The notes below the pieces were generated by a model, which saw nothing but the letters and a program-made list of their open reading frames with translations, made no database searches and was not told the origin of the DNA. Positions 38,680 to 48,559 of a stretch of 64,000 nt of DNA are shown here, one piece after another (positions within the stretch are counted from its first letter, which is position 1; every line of letters begins with the position of its first letter). This DNA comes from Candidatus Buchananbacteria bacterium (GTDB lineage: Bacteria; Patescibacteriota; Patescibacteriia; 2-01-FULL-39-33): NCBI GenBank assembly GCA_041665065.1, contig JBAYJM010000002.1, positions 19,796 through 83,795 of the forward strand, written 5' to 3'. Made by a program: the position numbers and the translations under genes.

Positions 38680-39858
38680 GTATTTTATTGATTTATCTAA
38701 TCTAAAACGTTGTTGTGCCTCCAATAATTCTACTGTAGCTTGTTTTATGGAATTTTTTAATTCTGGATAATAAGTTTGTAATTTTGCATTTAAAGAAAAT
38801 AAATCCATCACATTCGATTGATTGAAATCAATCTTCAATTCATCAAATCCACCTAAAGCCGTATTGCAATATGTCCTAAATTTTTCTCTTCTTCTCCTAC
38901 CTAATGAAGAATAAGATTTACAATCAGCAATTACACGATGAATAACGCGAAGAGCTTCAGTTGTCGCCGTCACGCTATTTTCATTTTTTACTTTAGCTAT
39001 TTTATGAATGTAATCTTTCAATGGCTTGATATGCGGTAAATCAGTAATATTATTAACTCCATTAATAATCATCAATAATCGTTCTACCCCAACGGCTGAA
39101 ATTGACCATGAATGTTGCCACGGTAAAATCTCTTCCAAAATTTCGTCTTTGCTGAAGATAGCCCTATAATCTAATCGTTCAAAGGTTGCAATATCAATTA
39201 GCTTTCCATTATATAAATAATTTATTTCATGACGATAGCCCCACGGTGTATGATTTCCATATATATTTAGAGACAAAAATGTATCTCTAGAATAATCAGC
39301 GATAAATTGATTATCGCCAATGCCGTGTTTTGTCCAATAAGAGATTGATTCATCGGCCGGCAATTCGTAATCTAAAATATATTTCCCTTGGGTAACATTA
39401 GTAACATTTCCGCCACCAAAATAACTTATCCGCAAATTTTTTTTGTCCAACCCAAGCTCATTGAATAAAAGAGAGCAAATTGAATCTATAGAGAATTCCG
39501 ATATTTCTTCTTTCTTATTCTTATCCATTAAGCTAATAGAGCCACCAACATCAGCTAAATCAAAAATCCCAAGATATCGATACGAGTTTTCGTTTTGTTT
39601 AATAATATTTTCAACAAAATCATCATAGCGAATGACTGGCTGTATTTTCGAATAAATAAAATTATGATCAATATCAATATACTGTCCAAATTCATTCAAT
39701 ATTTCATTTTCAGTAAAACTTAAATTAAAATTACCCGGGAATCCATTATTGCAAACATTCGCCGGCGAAACTGTTTTTGTTCCAGGATATTTTTTAGTTT
39801 TTATCAAAATGTTTCTTAATGTTTTAATATCCATATTCTTAATTTTAATATCTCCCAC
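38662..39858 (-). CDS. Truncated alanyl-tRNA synthetase-like paralog (catalytic plus helical domain only)
   Basis: Collinear with the AlaRS N-terminal half: QPVIR, RYLGIFDLAD, LGLDKKNLRISYF, DESISYW, PWGYRHEI, motif 3 GVERL, EALR..RVIAD; no editing or C-Ala domain; start probably 39834. Confidence 0.75.
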   Translation of the reverse strand: MGDIKIKNMDIKTLRNILIKTKKYPGTKTVSPANVCNNGFPGNFNLSFTENEILNEFGQYIDIDHNFIYSKIQPVIRYDDFVENIIKQNENSYRYLGIFDLADVGGSISLMDKNKKEEISEFSIDSICSLLFNELGLDKKNLRISYFGGGNVTNVTQGKYILDYELPADESISYWTKHGIGDNQFIADYSRDTFLSLNIYGNHTPWGYRHEINYLYNGKLIDIATFERLDYRAIFSKDEILEEILPWQHSWSISAVGVERLLMIINGVNNITDLPHIKPLKDYIHKIAKVKNENSVTATTEALRVIHRVIADCKSYSSLGRRRREKFRTYCNTALGGFDELKIDFNQSNVMDLFSLNAKLQTYYPELKNSIKQATVELLEAQQRFRLDKSIKYRGVAQ

Positions 39859-39987
39859 GCCTCAACACCTAAGATGTGAGCTAATTTATTAATATTAGTC
39901 AAAGTCAGATTGACTTCGCCTTTTTCAATCCGACAAATATAACTCTTGTCGACGCCTAATCTATGCAAAAATCGGGCAAATCTCACT
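39816..39987 (-). pseudogene. N-terminally truncated XRE/Cro HTH regulator
   Basis: LGVDKSYICRIEKGEVNLTLTNINKLAHILGV; no start codon between the tRNA-Ser 3' end and the HTH. Confidence 0.7.
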
Positions 39988-40075
39988 TGGCGGAGAGGGA
40001 GGGATTCGAACCCTCGATGCCTTTCGGCACACCGCTTTTCGAGAGCGGCACGTTCAACCACTCTGACACCTCTCC
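39988..40075 (-). tRNA. tRNA-Ser(CGA)
   Basis: GGAGAGG...CCGCT-CT-CGA-AA-AGCGG, long variable arm, TTCGAAT, GCCA end. Confidence 0.97.
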
Positions 40076-40144
40076 ATATTAACTAAGATTAACAAATTTT
40101 TTGCCAAAATAAAACAGCCCCGAATTAACGGGGCTGTTCTACAA

Positions 40145-40480
40145 TTAGAATCGGTTTTTTGAAAAACCGCCTCTGCTTCCACCACTTGCACCGCCACGGT
40201 TTCCACCGAAACCGCCACGGTCAGGGCGCTTTTCCATTGGCCTGGCTTCGTTTACAACGATAGCTCTGCCTTCAATTTCCTTGCCATTGAACTGGTCAAC
40301 AGCAGCTTGAGCTTCTTCGTCAGAAGACATCTCAACAAAAGCAAATCCTTTAGATCGTCCAGACATTCTATCTTTGATGATAGTTGCAGACTGGACTGTG
40401 CCGGCTTGGCTAAAAAGATCTCTAAGATCTTCTTCGCTCATAGCGAAACTTAGATTGCCGACAAATAACTTCAAACCCAT
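40145..40480 (-). CDS. RRM RNA-binding protein
   Basis: RNP2 LFVGNL, RNP1 KGFAFVEM, RGG tail. Confidence 0.95.
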   Translation of the reverse strand: MGLKLFVGNLSFAMSEEDLRDLFSQAGTVQSATIIKDRMSGRSKGFAFVEMSSDEEAQAAVDQFNGKEIEGRAIVVNEARPMEKRPDRGGFGGNRGGASGGSRGGFSKNRF

Positions 40481-40618
40481 AGTTTTGTTTTAATACCTTA
40501 ATAAAAATTGCAAGACGACCTTCTCGATTTGCTTTTGTTTTTGGACATTCACTTATCGAGTAACTCTCACAATGTAGTAATTATACAGCAAAATAGGAGA
40601 AATGTCAAGGGCAAATAG

Positions 40619-41197
40619 CTATTTCTGCTCAATATTCAAAAAAACGAGTAAATCTGCCATCCCTTTCTGTCTATCACTCCACCAAATAGTTTGCATGCCT
40701 AACTTCTTAGCTGACTCAACATTTGCCAACTGATCATCCATAAATAGGCATTCTTTTACGTCAACGCCCAATCTTCTGGCACATAATTTGAAAATTTCAG
40801 GGTCGGGTTTTTTTATTCCGACTTCAGCCGAACAAATAAACTCATTAAAATATCCAAAATTAAATTTTTTATTAAAATATGGCAAGGTCAAAGTAGTTCC
40901 ATTATTCATAATCAGAGCCCTTAGCTTAAATTTATCTTTAATCTCAGGCAATAGCTTCCACAAATCAGAATTCTGTTCATACTTATCAACAATTTTTATT
41001 AAAATCTTTTCAAATTCTTTATCTGTCAAATTAAATTTCTCCTGAGCTTCTTTTTTAAAGTCAAAATCGTTAGTTAAATTTCCAACAATAGCATCAACGC
41101 CATCGACGATTGCATCAGGCTGATAATTTTCTTTTTTAAAAGCAAGTACACCCATAAAATCAAAGATAATCGCCCTAATTTTCATTGTATTTTTCAT
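40619..41197 (-). CDS. HAD-family hydrolase
   Basis: IFDFMGV, KKPDPEIF, FMDD. Confidence 0.9.
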   Translation of the reverse strand: MKNTMKIRAIIFDFMGVLAFKKENYQPDAIVDGVDAIVGNLTNDFDFKKEAQEKFNLTDKEFEKILIKIVDKYEQNSDLWKLLPEIKDKFKLRALIMNNGTTLTLPYFNKKFNFGYFNEFICSAEVGIKKPDPEIFKLCARRLGVDVKECLFMDDQLANVESAKKLGMQTIWWSDRQKGMADLLVFLNIEQK

Positions 41198-42453
41198 TTC
41201 TTTTCCAAGCTAAACAGCGACGCATTTATTGTTGCGGCACCGATAATTATCCAAAACAAAACCGACAGATCATTTTTAAAATATGGCACATCAACCAATC
41301 CGTGGACAATAATCTCAATTCCTACGCAGATAAATGTAAACGCCATGATCTTCACCCCCGGATTTTTGATTATTGCCTTAACATTAACCCAAAAATATTT
41401 TATAAAAACCCAGACAAAAGCAAGCATCCCCCACAATCCCAGCTCAGTCCAAAAATTAAACACAATTTGGTGCGGATAAGGAAATGTCTCAAAGGTATTT
41501 AAATGATAAGGATAAATGTGATATTGATAACCGGAAAGTCCTGCGCCAAAAAGCCAGCGATGCTTAAGCATTTTCCAGCTCTCATGCCAGATGATTTTTC
41601 TTATGCCTCCGGAATAATCATTGAGAAAAACTTTTGTCAAAACAAAATCCCTTAGGCCGGCAAAAAAAACTAAAACGAGAACTGCGATCATTGCCAAAGC
41701 GATGGTAAAGTATCTTGTTTTTTTGTAGACAATGCCCATTATAAACCAGCAAACCAAAACCGCAATAATAGCCGCTTCCGATTGGGCTAAAATAATCGCC
41801 GTAAACCCCAAAGCAATGACCAACAGCTTTAAAATGGAAGGCCAATTCCTTTTGCTTCCCGCCACAAGCCAGCCGGTGAATAAAATTATAATTGGCCCGA
41901 CATATAACCCTAAAGCATTAGGATAATTTAAAATTGAAACCACGCGATCTACCCCGCCTGATGGCTTCATAAAAGCCCCTGGAACGCCCCAGCCTGTGAA
42001 TTTTTGAATTATGGCAAATATACTAAGGTAAAAAATAGACACACCCAAAGCCCAAAATAGGCCTTCCAAAGCCTTTCTGGAATGCACCTGTGAGGCTAAA
42101 ATTGCCAAAAATAGCACTGGTTCGATAAAATAAGCCTTCCAGACGCCTAATGCCGGTGCCAGGTTGGGAGCCGTAAAAACGGAAATAGTTGCAAAAACCA
42201 AAACAACAATTATCGGCCAGAAAAAGGTATTGCGATAAATTTTTTTATAGTCAATCCTCTTAGTCAAAAGACAAATTAAAAACAAAATTAGAATCATGGC
42301 CTCCAAAAAGGTAAAAGGAACGCCACCAATATTAAAGCGTAATAGGAAGCTCGGCAACCCAGCCGTAATAATATAGATTCCCCATAAAGGCTTATAATAA
42401 GATATGATTCCAAACGCAATGGCCATCACCGAAAGTAAAACCAAATACCACAT
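41194..42453 (-). CDS. O-antigen ligase family protein
   Basis: Multi-TM; YPNALG, R..IW, FGAGL, YPHQ. Confidence 0.85.
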   Translation of the reverse strand: MWYLVLLSVMAIAFGIISYYKPLWGIYIITAGLPSFLLRFNIGGVPFTFLEAMILILFLICLLTKRIDYKKIYRNTFFWPIIVVLVFATISVFTAPNLAPALGVWKAYFIEPVLFLAILASQVHSRKALEGLFWALGVSIFYLSIFAIIQKFTGWGVPGAFMKPSGGVDRVVSILNYPNALGLYVGPIIILFTGWLVAGSKRNWPSILKLLVIALGFTAIILAQSEAAIIAVLVCWFIMGIVYKKTRYFTIALAMIAVLVLVFFAGLRDFVLTKVFLNDYSGGIRKIIWHESWKMLKHRWLFGAGLSGYQYHIYPYHLNTFETFPYPHQIVFNFWTELGLWGMLAFVWVFIKYFWVNVKAIIKNPGVKIMAFTFICVGIEIIVHGLVDVPYFKNDLSVLFWIIIGAATINASLFSLEKK

Positions 42454-43908
42454 TTAATTTTTAAATATTATTAATTCTTTTAAAAGGCTCTTATCAACTC
42501 CCCTCATCATAAAGAGAAAAACAAAATAGACAATTAATCCGATAATAATCAGCGCAAAAATATTTAATGGCAACAAGAGCCACAAAACTGCAGCCATAAG
42601 CAAAGCCGCGAGCAAGGATTTTAAAAATACATTCATCTTGAAGCTGATATCTAAGTGCTTTTTCAAAATAAAATAAGCCGGAATTGTAATAAGGAGTTCT
42701 GAAATGACGGTAAGAATGGCAGCGGCCCAAAACGAATACAGCGGAATAAAAATCAAATACATTATCAGAGAAAAAACCGCATCAAAGATATAAAACTTGA
42801 TCATCTTTTTCTGCAATCCGGAAGCAACTATCGCATAACCGAAAAAAGATCCAAAATAAATCACGCCGACGGCTAAAATTAATATTTTTAAAATATCACC
42901 GGATATTAAAAATTCTTTTCCGGCGATAAGCAACATAATTTTGTTGCCCAAAACAACTGATGCCAAAACCATGGGAATGGTAATGATAGCCAGAAAATCA
43001 AAAGTCTTTTGCAGAATCTTTTTAAAAACATCATTATTGGTAATTACAAACTTGGCAAAAATCGGCAGAAGCAAACCGAGAAATAAGTATGGAAATTGCG
43101 TTAATATTTCAATCACCTTATAAGCGGCGCCATAAATCCCAACTTCTGCCTGTGGTCTGACAAAAGACAAGACCAGCGTATCAGCCCTGAAATAAATCAG
43201 AGAGAGTGAAATGGTAATTGCCAACGGCCAAGACATCGTCCAAATATCTTTCCAGATTTTTTTGTCAAAAGAAAAACGGAGCTTAAAATATTTGCTCGAT
43301 TTAATATAAAGATAAATAAAATTGGCAAAACTTCCCAAAACCACCGCCGTCATTATCAATAAAAGCCCCCTTGAGGTCGACACAAAGAACCAAACCCCCA
43401 ACAGAAGAACTGCCCTACCCCAGACATCTCCCCAAGCCACCACCGCCATATCTAAATTTTTCTGAAAAATACTGACAAAAACCGACTGTAGGGCGATAAA
43501 AAAGAATGACAAGCCAGTAATTGTTACGCCCGCTTTTATAATTTCCGGATAGGGCAAGAACCAAACCAACACAACGGAAGCGCCCATAAAAATCAGGGCC
43601 GAAAAAAAGCGCAACGTCAAAATATTATTGAAAATTTTATTTTCATCCGCCCCTGGCCTGGCCAGCATTTGTGATGTTGTCATTTGCAAACCAAAATCAA
43701 TTATGACTCCAAAAAATTGCAAAAAAGTTATTATGGAGGTGTAATAACCGAATCCGGTTTGCCCCAAATAACGCGTCATGAGTCCAACTGTAATCAAGCC
43801 AAAAACTGTACCGACAACTTTGCCGATGATTTGATAAAAAGTGTTTTTGGCTACTTTTAAGGCTAACGACATATCAATTAGGGTATCATTATTGGCGCTT
43901 TTTTTCAA
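42454..43908 (-). CDS. Polysaccharide flippase (Wzx/MOP family)
   Basis: ~14 TM; TRYLG..GFGYY, DFGL, VGIYGAAYK; start probably 43872. Confidence 0.9.
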   Translation of the reverse strand: MKKSANNDTLIDMSLALKVAKNTFYQIIGKVVGTVFGLITVGLMTRYLGQTGFGYYTSIITFLQFFGVIIDFGLQMTTSQMLARPGADENKIFNNILTLRFFSALIFMGASVVLVWFLPYPEIIKAGVTITGLSFFFIALQSVFVSIFQKNLDMAVVAWGDVWGRAVLLLGVWFFVSTSRGLLLIMTAVVLGSFANFIYLYIKSSKYFKLRFSFDKKIWKDIWTMSWPLAITISLSLIYFRADTLVLSFVRPQAEVGIYGAAYKVIEILTQFPYLFLGLLLPIFAKFVITNNDVFKKILQKTFDFLAIITIPMVLASVVLGNKIMLLIAGKEFLISGDILKILILAVGVIYFGSFFGYAIVASGLQKKMIKFYIFDAVFSLIMYLIFIPLYSFWAAAILTVISELLITIPAYFILKKHLDISFKMNVFLKSLLAALLMAAVLWLLLPLNIFALIIIGLIVYFVFLFMMRGVDKSLLKELIIFKN

Positions 43909-43934
43909 TTTAGAGAATTAGGGCCGCATGAAAG

Positions 43935-44879
43935 CTACACGCTGAAAAATCTACCAACCATAAACTCCGTCAGCAAAAAAACAATATAAAAAAATAGCAA
44001 TATTAATCCCTCCCTTTTGCTGATTTTCTTTCCGGTCTTCATAAAATATAAAAGTATGATAGCCGCAACGAGCATAAACGCTCCGGTCACATACACAATT
44101 CGGGGGTTAAAGGCGAATGGGCTTATAATCGCCAGTATGCCCACCACGATTGTGGCATCAGTAATAACCGTTCCCAAAATATCGCCAAGCGCCAATCCGT
44201 CATGATTATCCTTAACGGCCTTTAAAGAAAAAAACAATTCTGGAAGAGTTGTTCCCAAACCGACAAACAACATCGCTACTATTATAGGACTGATTTGCAA
44301 ACCATCGGCAAATAAAACCGCAAACTTCACAGTAAAAGTTGAGGCAACAAGCAGAAGCGCCATACTGGTAAGCAATAATAAAAAATGCTTCCATGAAAAT
44401 CGCCTTTTAGTTTTTTTGGCTTCTTGCTTAGAGGATTTCTGCAGTAAGAAAGCATAAAATGCGACGCCGGACAAGATGAGGGCAATGCCCTCGAATCTTG
44501 AATAATAACCATTCCATCCCAGCACTATGGGCATGGCAAGAATTAATATATAAGTTAGGCTTTTTTTAACGATTTGGCTGTCTACCTTAATATTTCGCGC
44601 CGAAAAAAGAATTATGATAGCGAAGACTAAAGTCAGATCAGCAACATTAGAGCCGAATAATGCTCCGAGACCAAAAGACGGAATGCCCTGCATTGACGAT
44701 GAGATGGCAATAAAGGTTTCCGGAAGAATTGAAATTATCGCGATCAATAAAAAACCAACCACATACCTAGAAATGTGAAGCCCCCTTGCCAATCCGCCCG
44801 AGTGATAAATTGCAAAGTCAGCGCTTTTTATCACAACCAGCAGTGACAACAAAAATAACAAGAGATAAACAACAATCAT
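43935..44879 (-). CDS. Na+/Ca2+ antiporter (CaCA/YrbG family)
   Basis: Alpha repeats SILPE...GSN and GTTLPE. Confidence 0.9.
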   Translation of the reverse strand: MIVVYLLLFLLSLLVVIKSADFAIYHSGGLARGLHISRYVVGFLLIAIISILPETFIAISSSMQGIPSFGLGALFGSNVADLTLVFAIIILFSARNIKVDSQIVKKSLTYILILAMPIVLGWNGYYSRFEGIALILSGVAFYAFLLQKSSKQEAKKTKRRFSWKHFLLLLTSMALLLVASTFTVKFAVLFADGLQISPIIVAMLFVGLGTTLPELFFSLKAVKDNHDGLALGDILGTVITDATIVVGILAIISPFAFNPRIVYVTGAFMLVAAIILLYFMKTGKKISKREGLILLFFYIVFLLTEFMVGRFFSV

Positions 44880-44880
44880 A

Positions 44881-45876
44881 TTACTGCCACAGTTTCCTTG
44901 CTTCGCTCCAATAACCGTCGTAAGAATTTTTTTCTTTCATCATATACCACCACTCAACTCCCCACAAATAAGTTTCATTAAAACCGGCCTTTTTTGCAAA
45001 TTTAATATTCTCCTTGAATTGATCAATACTCATTGATTCGAAACTGTCCTGCATACTCATGAGTGATAAATTTTCACCCGCTTTGTGCCAGGCCTCGCCC
45101 TGCAATTCAGCCACTATCGTATCATCAATCGGAGTAAATTTTTCAACCGAAACGGATTTCATCCAATAGAAAGAGGCGGGCAAAAACCATTTCCAATAAC
45201 CGAAAGTTTTATTATAGACAACTCGGTAAAGTGTTGTGCCCAAAACGTCCGCTCCGCTATTTGCCGCCGGAAACCATAAACTCAATTCTCCACTATCCGT
45301 AACCAAGATCTTCTTTTGAGAAATAGTTTTAACAAGCGATATCTCTTTCTTAAAAAATTTTTTATCCAACGGAGGACACTGGCCAAAATATTTCAGATAG
45401 GGCTCATTTTCAACCTGCCAGTAGACGATATTTTTATTGCCGTCATATCTCCTAACCACCCGTTCAACATACTCCAATTGCCTAGCCTGAACATCTTCAA
45501 TGTCCATATTTTTAATCCAGTTTGGATCATGACATTCGGGCCATCTTGGCAACCTTCTGCCTACGGCTAAAATTATTTTGACATTCCTTTTGGAGGCTTC
45601 ATTAATCTGCCAGTCCAAATCGGTAAAATCATAATTGCCTTTTGCCGGCTCAATTCCATTCCAATACGCCGATAGTCTGATATGGTCAACTTTTAAATCA
45701 TCCAAAATAGCAATGTAGGTCTTATTCCAATCCAATCCTAATTCATCCTGCGCATATTGCTGGCTAAAAGTAACACCCCAAGCAACCTTTTTGGGTGAAA
45801 AATTTAAAATATAAACAAACGCAATTAAGACCAAAATAACTATCAGGACTATCCACTTGGTAAATTTTTTAAACAT
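44881..45876 (-). CDS. Glycoside hydrolase (clan GH-A-like), membrane anchored
   Basis: YWNGIEP..G.YDF, WQVENEP (acid/base), AELQ (nucleophile). Confidence 0.75.
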   Translation of the reverse strand: MFKKFTKWIVLIVILVLIAFVYILNFSPKKVAWGVTFSQQYAQDELGLDWNKTYIAILDDLKVDHIRLSAYWNGIEPAKGNYDFTDLDWQINEASKRNVKIILAVGRRLPRWPECHDPNWIKNMDIEDVQARQLEYVERVVRRYDGNKNIVYWQVENEPYLKYFGQCPPLDKKFFKKEISLVKTISQKKILVTDSGELSLWFPAANSGADVLGTTLYRVVYNKTFGYWKWFLPASFYWMKSVSVEKFTPIDDTIVAELQGEAWHKAGENLSLMSMQDSFESMSIDQFKENIKFAKKAGFNETYLWGVEWWYMMKEKNSYDGYWSEARKLWQ

Positions 45877-45889
45877 TTTTTAAAGTTAA

Positions 45890-46798
45890 TTAAGAAAAAG
45901 CCAAAAGCACCAAACCTATAATTATGCACATTGTGGCAATTGTTTTTCGCCAAATGATTGCACGCGACATCTTTTCTTTCAAAAGTTTTGGATATTTAAT
46001 TGATAGGGCGCCAATAATCAAAAGCAAGAAAACATACTCCAAACCGCGAGAAGCATTAACAATCGCCACACTCGATGAAATGGCGATGGCATAACTGACT
46101 AAAATAAAGCTCAATGCGCCAGCCCCCTGGCCGACCAAAAACAGCCCCCCTGTTTTTTGTTTTGGTTTTTTAATTTCATTGATAATGTCTTTTAGGTTCT
46201 TTGGCGGAATAAGAAGTAATAGTGCACCAATCGCGGTGCCGATTCTTGTCAAAACAAATCCAGTTATAAACCCATCTTCGATATAGACATATTTCGTTAA
46301 AGTATAGGCAATGGCAAAAAGCAAAGTGGAAATAATGGCATATATATAGCTTTTACGAGAAATGGACTGCTGTTTTTTATTCTTATCATGCTGTCGTGAG
46401 ATTATTATCGTTCCAATAACTATTACAACGAAAGCAATAATAGCCATCGGAGAAAGAAATTCTCCCAGGAAAATCCAAGCCAGAAAAAAAACAAAAATTG
46501 GCTGAAGCCCGCCCATAAACGGAGTGATGCGAGTCGCCTCGTTTCCATTTAAGGCATAAAACATGAATAAATATGCAAAAGTAAACACAATTCCAGTTCC
46601 GAAAGCGATCAAAGTTTGCTCCAAGGATACAAAATGAAAACCAAATGGGATCAAAACTACCCCCAGTAAGCTCAAAACACTGATAAAAAAAGAATAAACA
46701 GCCGGATTCTGCATTTTTTTGGACAACAAAAACTTATCTATCGTGACAGCGCTAGCGTTTAAAAAGTATGCAATTGCAATAACAAACATCCAAAGCAT
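45890..46798 (-). CDS. EamA/DMT-family transporter
   Basis: 10 TM in two repeats; IFLGE. Confidence 0.8.
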   Translation of the reverse strand: MLWMFVIAIAYFLNASAVTIDKFLLSKKMQNPAVYSFFISVLSLLGVVLIPFGFHFVSLEQTLIAFGTGIVFTFAYLFMFYALNGNEATRITPFMGGLQPIFVFFLAWIFLGEFLSPMAIIAFVVIVIGTIIISRQHDKNKKQQSISRKSYIYAIISTLLFAIAYTLTKYVYIEDGFITGFVLTRIGTAIGALLLLIPPKNLKDIINEIKKPKQKTGGLFLVGQGAGALSFILVSYAIAISSSVAIVNASRGLEYVFLLLIIGALSIKYPKLLKEKMSRAIIWRKTIATMCIIIGLVLLAFS

Positions 46799-46842
46799 AA
46801 GTACTTATATTATAGCAGATTTTAATTATTTATTGTGATTAT

Positions 46843-47523
46843 CTACTTGCTTGCTATTAAAATTATATCCCTTTCAATTCTATCCAAAACAATAACCTTA
46901 GAAAAACCAACTGCCTTGAGTGCTTCTACTGTCTGACTTTCTGCCATCCGATAAACTTCCTGGTAATCCTGTTCTTCATGAGAGATTATGTCCTTTAAGG
47001 TATCGCCGATATATTTTTTATATCGATTTAACTGAATCTCAAGAAGCTTCATTTGCTCTTTTTTATCATCAGGGTAAATTTTATCAATAATTATTAGTTT
47101 GCCATCATTATTTAAATTTTTATAGATGGCTCTAAACAATTCATTTTTATGTTCCCATTTAAAATTATGAATGGTCCAAGAACTAGCAATAATATCGTAT
47201 TTTATTGATTGGTTATTTAAATATTCTAGGGAATCTCGACAAATAAAACTGACCCTTCCTAAATATTGCGATAGAACTTCTTTGGCTACACCTATCATTT
47301 CTATTGAAATATCTAAGGCATCAATGGAAAGATCTTCATTATTTTTTAAGATATATTTAGTGAAGTCACCTTCACCAATACCAATTTCTAAAACTTTGTG
47401 TTTATTTCCTAATAACTTTTTAATTTCAAAAGACGCTTCAATCTTATGAACTAAATTGCTTGGCTCAAGATTGATTATTGCCTGGTTACCAATTCTTAAT
47501 TGGTCATTGTATCTATTTTGCAT
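46843..47523 (-). CDS. Class I SAM-dependent methyltransferase
   Basis: VLEIGIGEG, LDISIEM, YDII. Confidence 0.88.
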   Translation of the reverse strand: MQNRYNDQLRIGNQAIINLEPSNLVHKIEASFEIKKLLGNKHKVLEIGIGEGDFTKYILKNNEDLSIDALDISIEMIGVAKEVLSQYLGRVSFICRDSLEYLNNQSIKYDIIASSWTIHNFKWEHKNELFRAIYKNLNNDGKLIIIDKIYPDDKKEQMKLLEIQLNRYKKYIGDTLKDIISHEEQDYQEVYRMAESQTVEALKAVGFSKVIVLDRIERDIILIASK

Positions 47524-47539
47524 AATAATTTAACTTTAA

Positions 47540-48559
47540 TTATCTAATTAACATCCCATCACCGAAACTGTAAAACTTATACTTTTTGTTTACAGCTTCT
47601 TTATACACCTTTTTAATTTTATCTGATCCGGCAAGAGCAGAAACAAGCATTACTAATGAGGATTTTGGCAAATGAAAATTAGTAATCATGCCATCGATAA
47701 ATTTAAATTCATAACCGGGATAAATAAAGATATTTACCCATTTTGAATCTGAAATTAATTTTTTGTGGCTGGCAAATGCCTCAAGTGTTCTAGTTGACGT
47801 TGTGCCGACAGAAATTATTCTTCTACCTTCCGCCTTTGCCTTGTTTAATCTCTCGGCTGTTTTTTTATCAATGATTGCAAACTCGCTATGGATTTTATGT
47901 TCTAGAATATTTTCTGATTTTACCGGCTCAAAAGTCCCCAGTCCGACATGTAAAGTCACATATTCAATTTGCACTCCCATTTTTTTAAGCTGGGACAATA
48001 ATTTTTTGGTAAAATGCAGGCCAGCTGTCGGCGCTGCGACCGAGCCTTCTTTCTTTGCATAAACAGTTTGGTAATCTTCTAGTTTTGACTTATTTTTTAT
48101 ATATGGAGGAAGAGGCGTTTCTCCCAGAGTTAATAATTTTTTATCACTACAATTGAATTTTACTGACTTTATTTTTTCATTTCCAAAACTAACAATTTCC
48201 GCTTCAATTTTGCCAGCCAATTTTATTTTCTGCCCAACTTTTACTTTTCCGCCAATAATACATTGCCAAATATTCTTTCCCTCATTTTTTAACAAAAATA
48301 TTTCCACCTTCCCTCCGGTTTCCTTGGTTCCAAACAATCTTGCTGGTATAACTTTTGAATCATTAAAAACTAAAACGTCCCCCCTTTTCAAAATTTTCGG
48401 CAAATCAAAAAAATGTTTATGCTCTATCCTTCCGGAATCTTTATCCAAAATTAATAACCGCGCATGATCTCGCGGCTTTATTGGTTTTTGTCCGATTAAT
48501 TCCCGTGGCAAAACATAATCAAAATCAGACAGTGGGATTTTTTGCTTTGATTTGTTCAT
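47540..48559 (-). CDS. queA: SAM:tRNA ribosyltransferase-isomerase
   Basis: PLPPYI, YQTVYA, GSVAAPTAGLHFT, TNFHLPKS, FYSFGDGM. Confidence 0.97.
   Translation of the reverse strand: MNKSKQKIPLSDFDYVLPRELIGQKPIKPRDHARLLILDKDSGRIEHKHFFDLPKILKRGDVLVFNDSKVIPARLFGTKETGGKVEIFLLKNEGKNIWQCIIGGKVKVGQKIKLAGKIEAEIVSFGNEKIKSVKFNCSDKKLLTLGETPLPPYIKNKSKLEDYQTVYAKKEGSVAAPTAGLHFTKKLLSQLKKMGVQIEYVTLHVGLGTFEPVKSENILEHKIHSEFAIIDKKTAERLNKAKAEGRRIISVGTTSTRTLEAFASHKKLISDSKWVNIFIYPGYEFKFIDGMITNFHLPKSSLVMLVSALAGSDKIKKVYKEAVNKKYKFYSFGDGMLIR

Noticed and set aside
39816-40061. 81-aa ORF from the track as a complete gene
   Set aside because: Its first third is tRNA-Ser sequence read in frame; only the HTH fragment looks coding.
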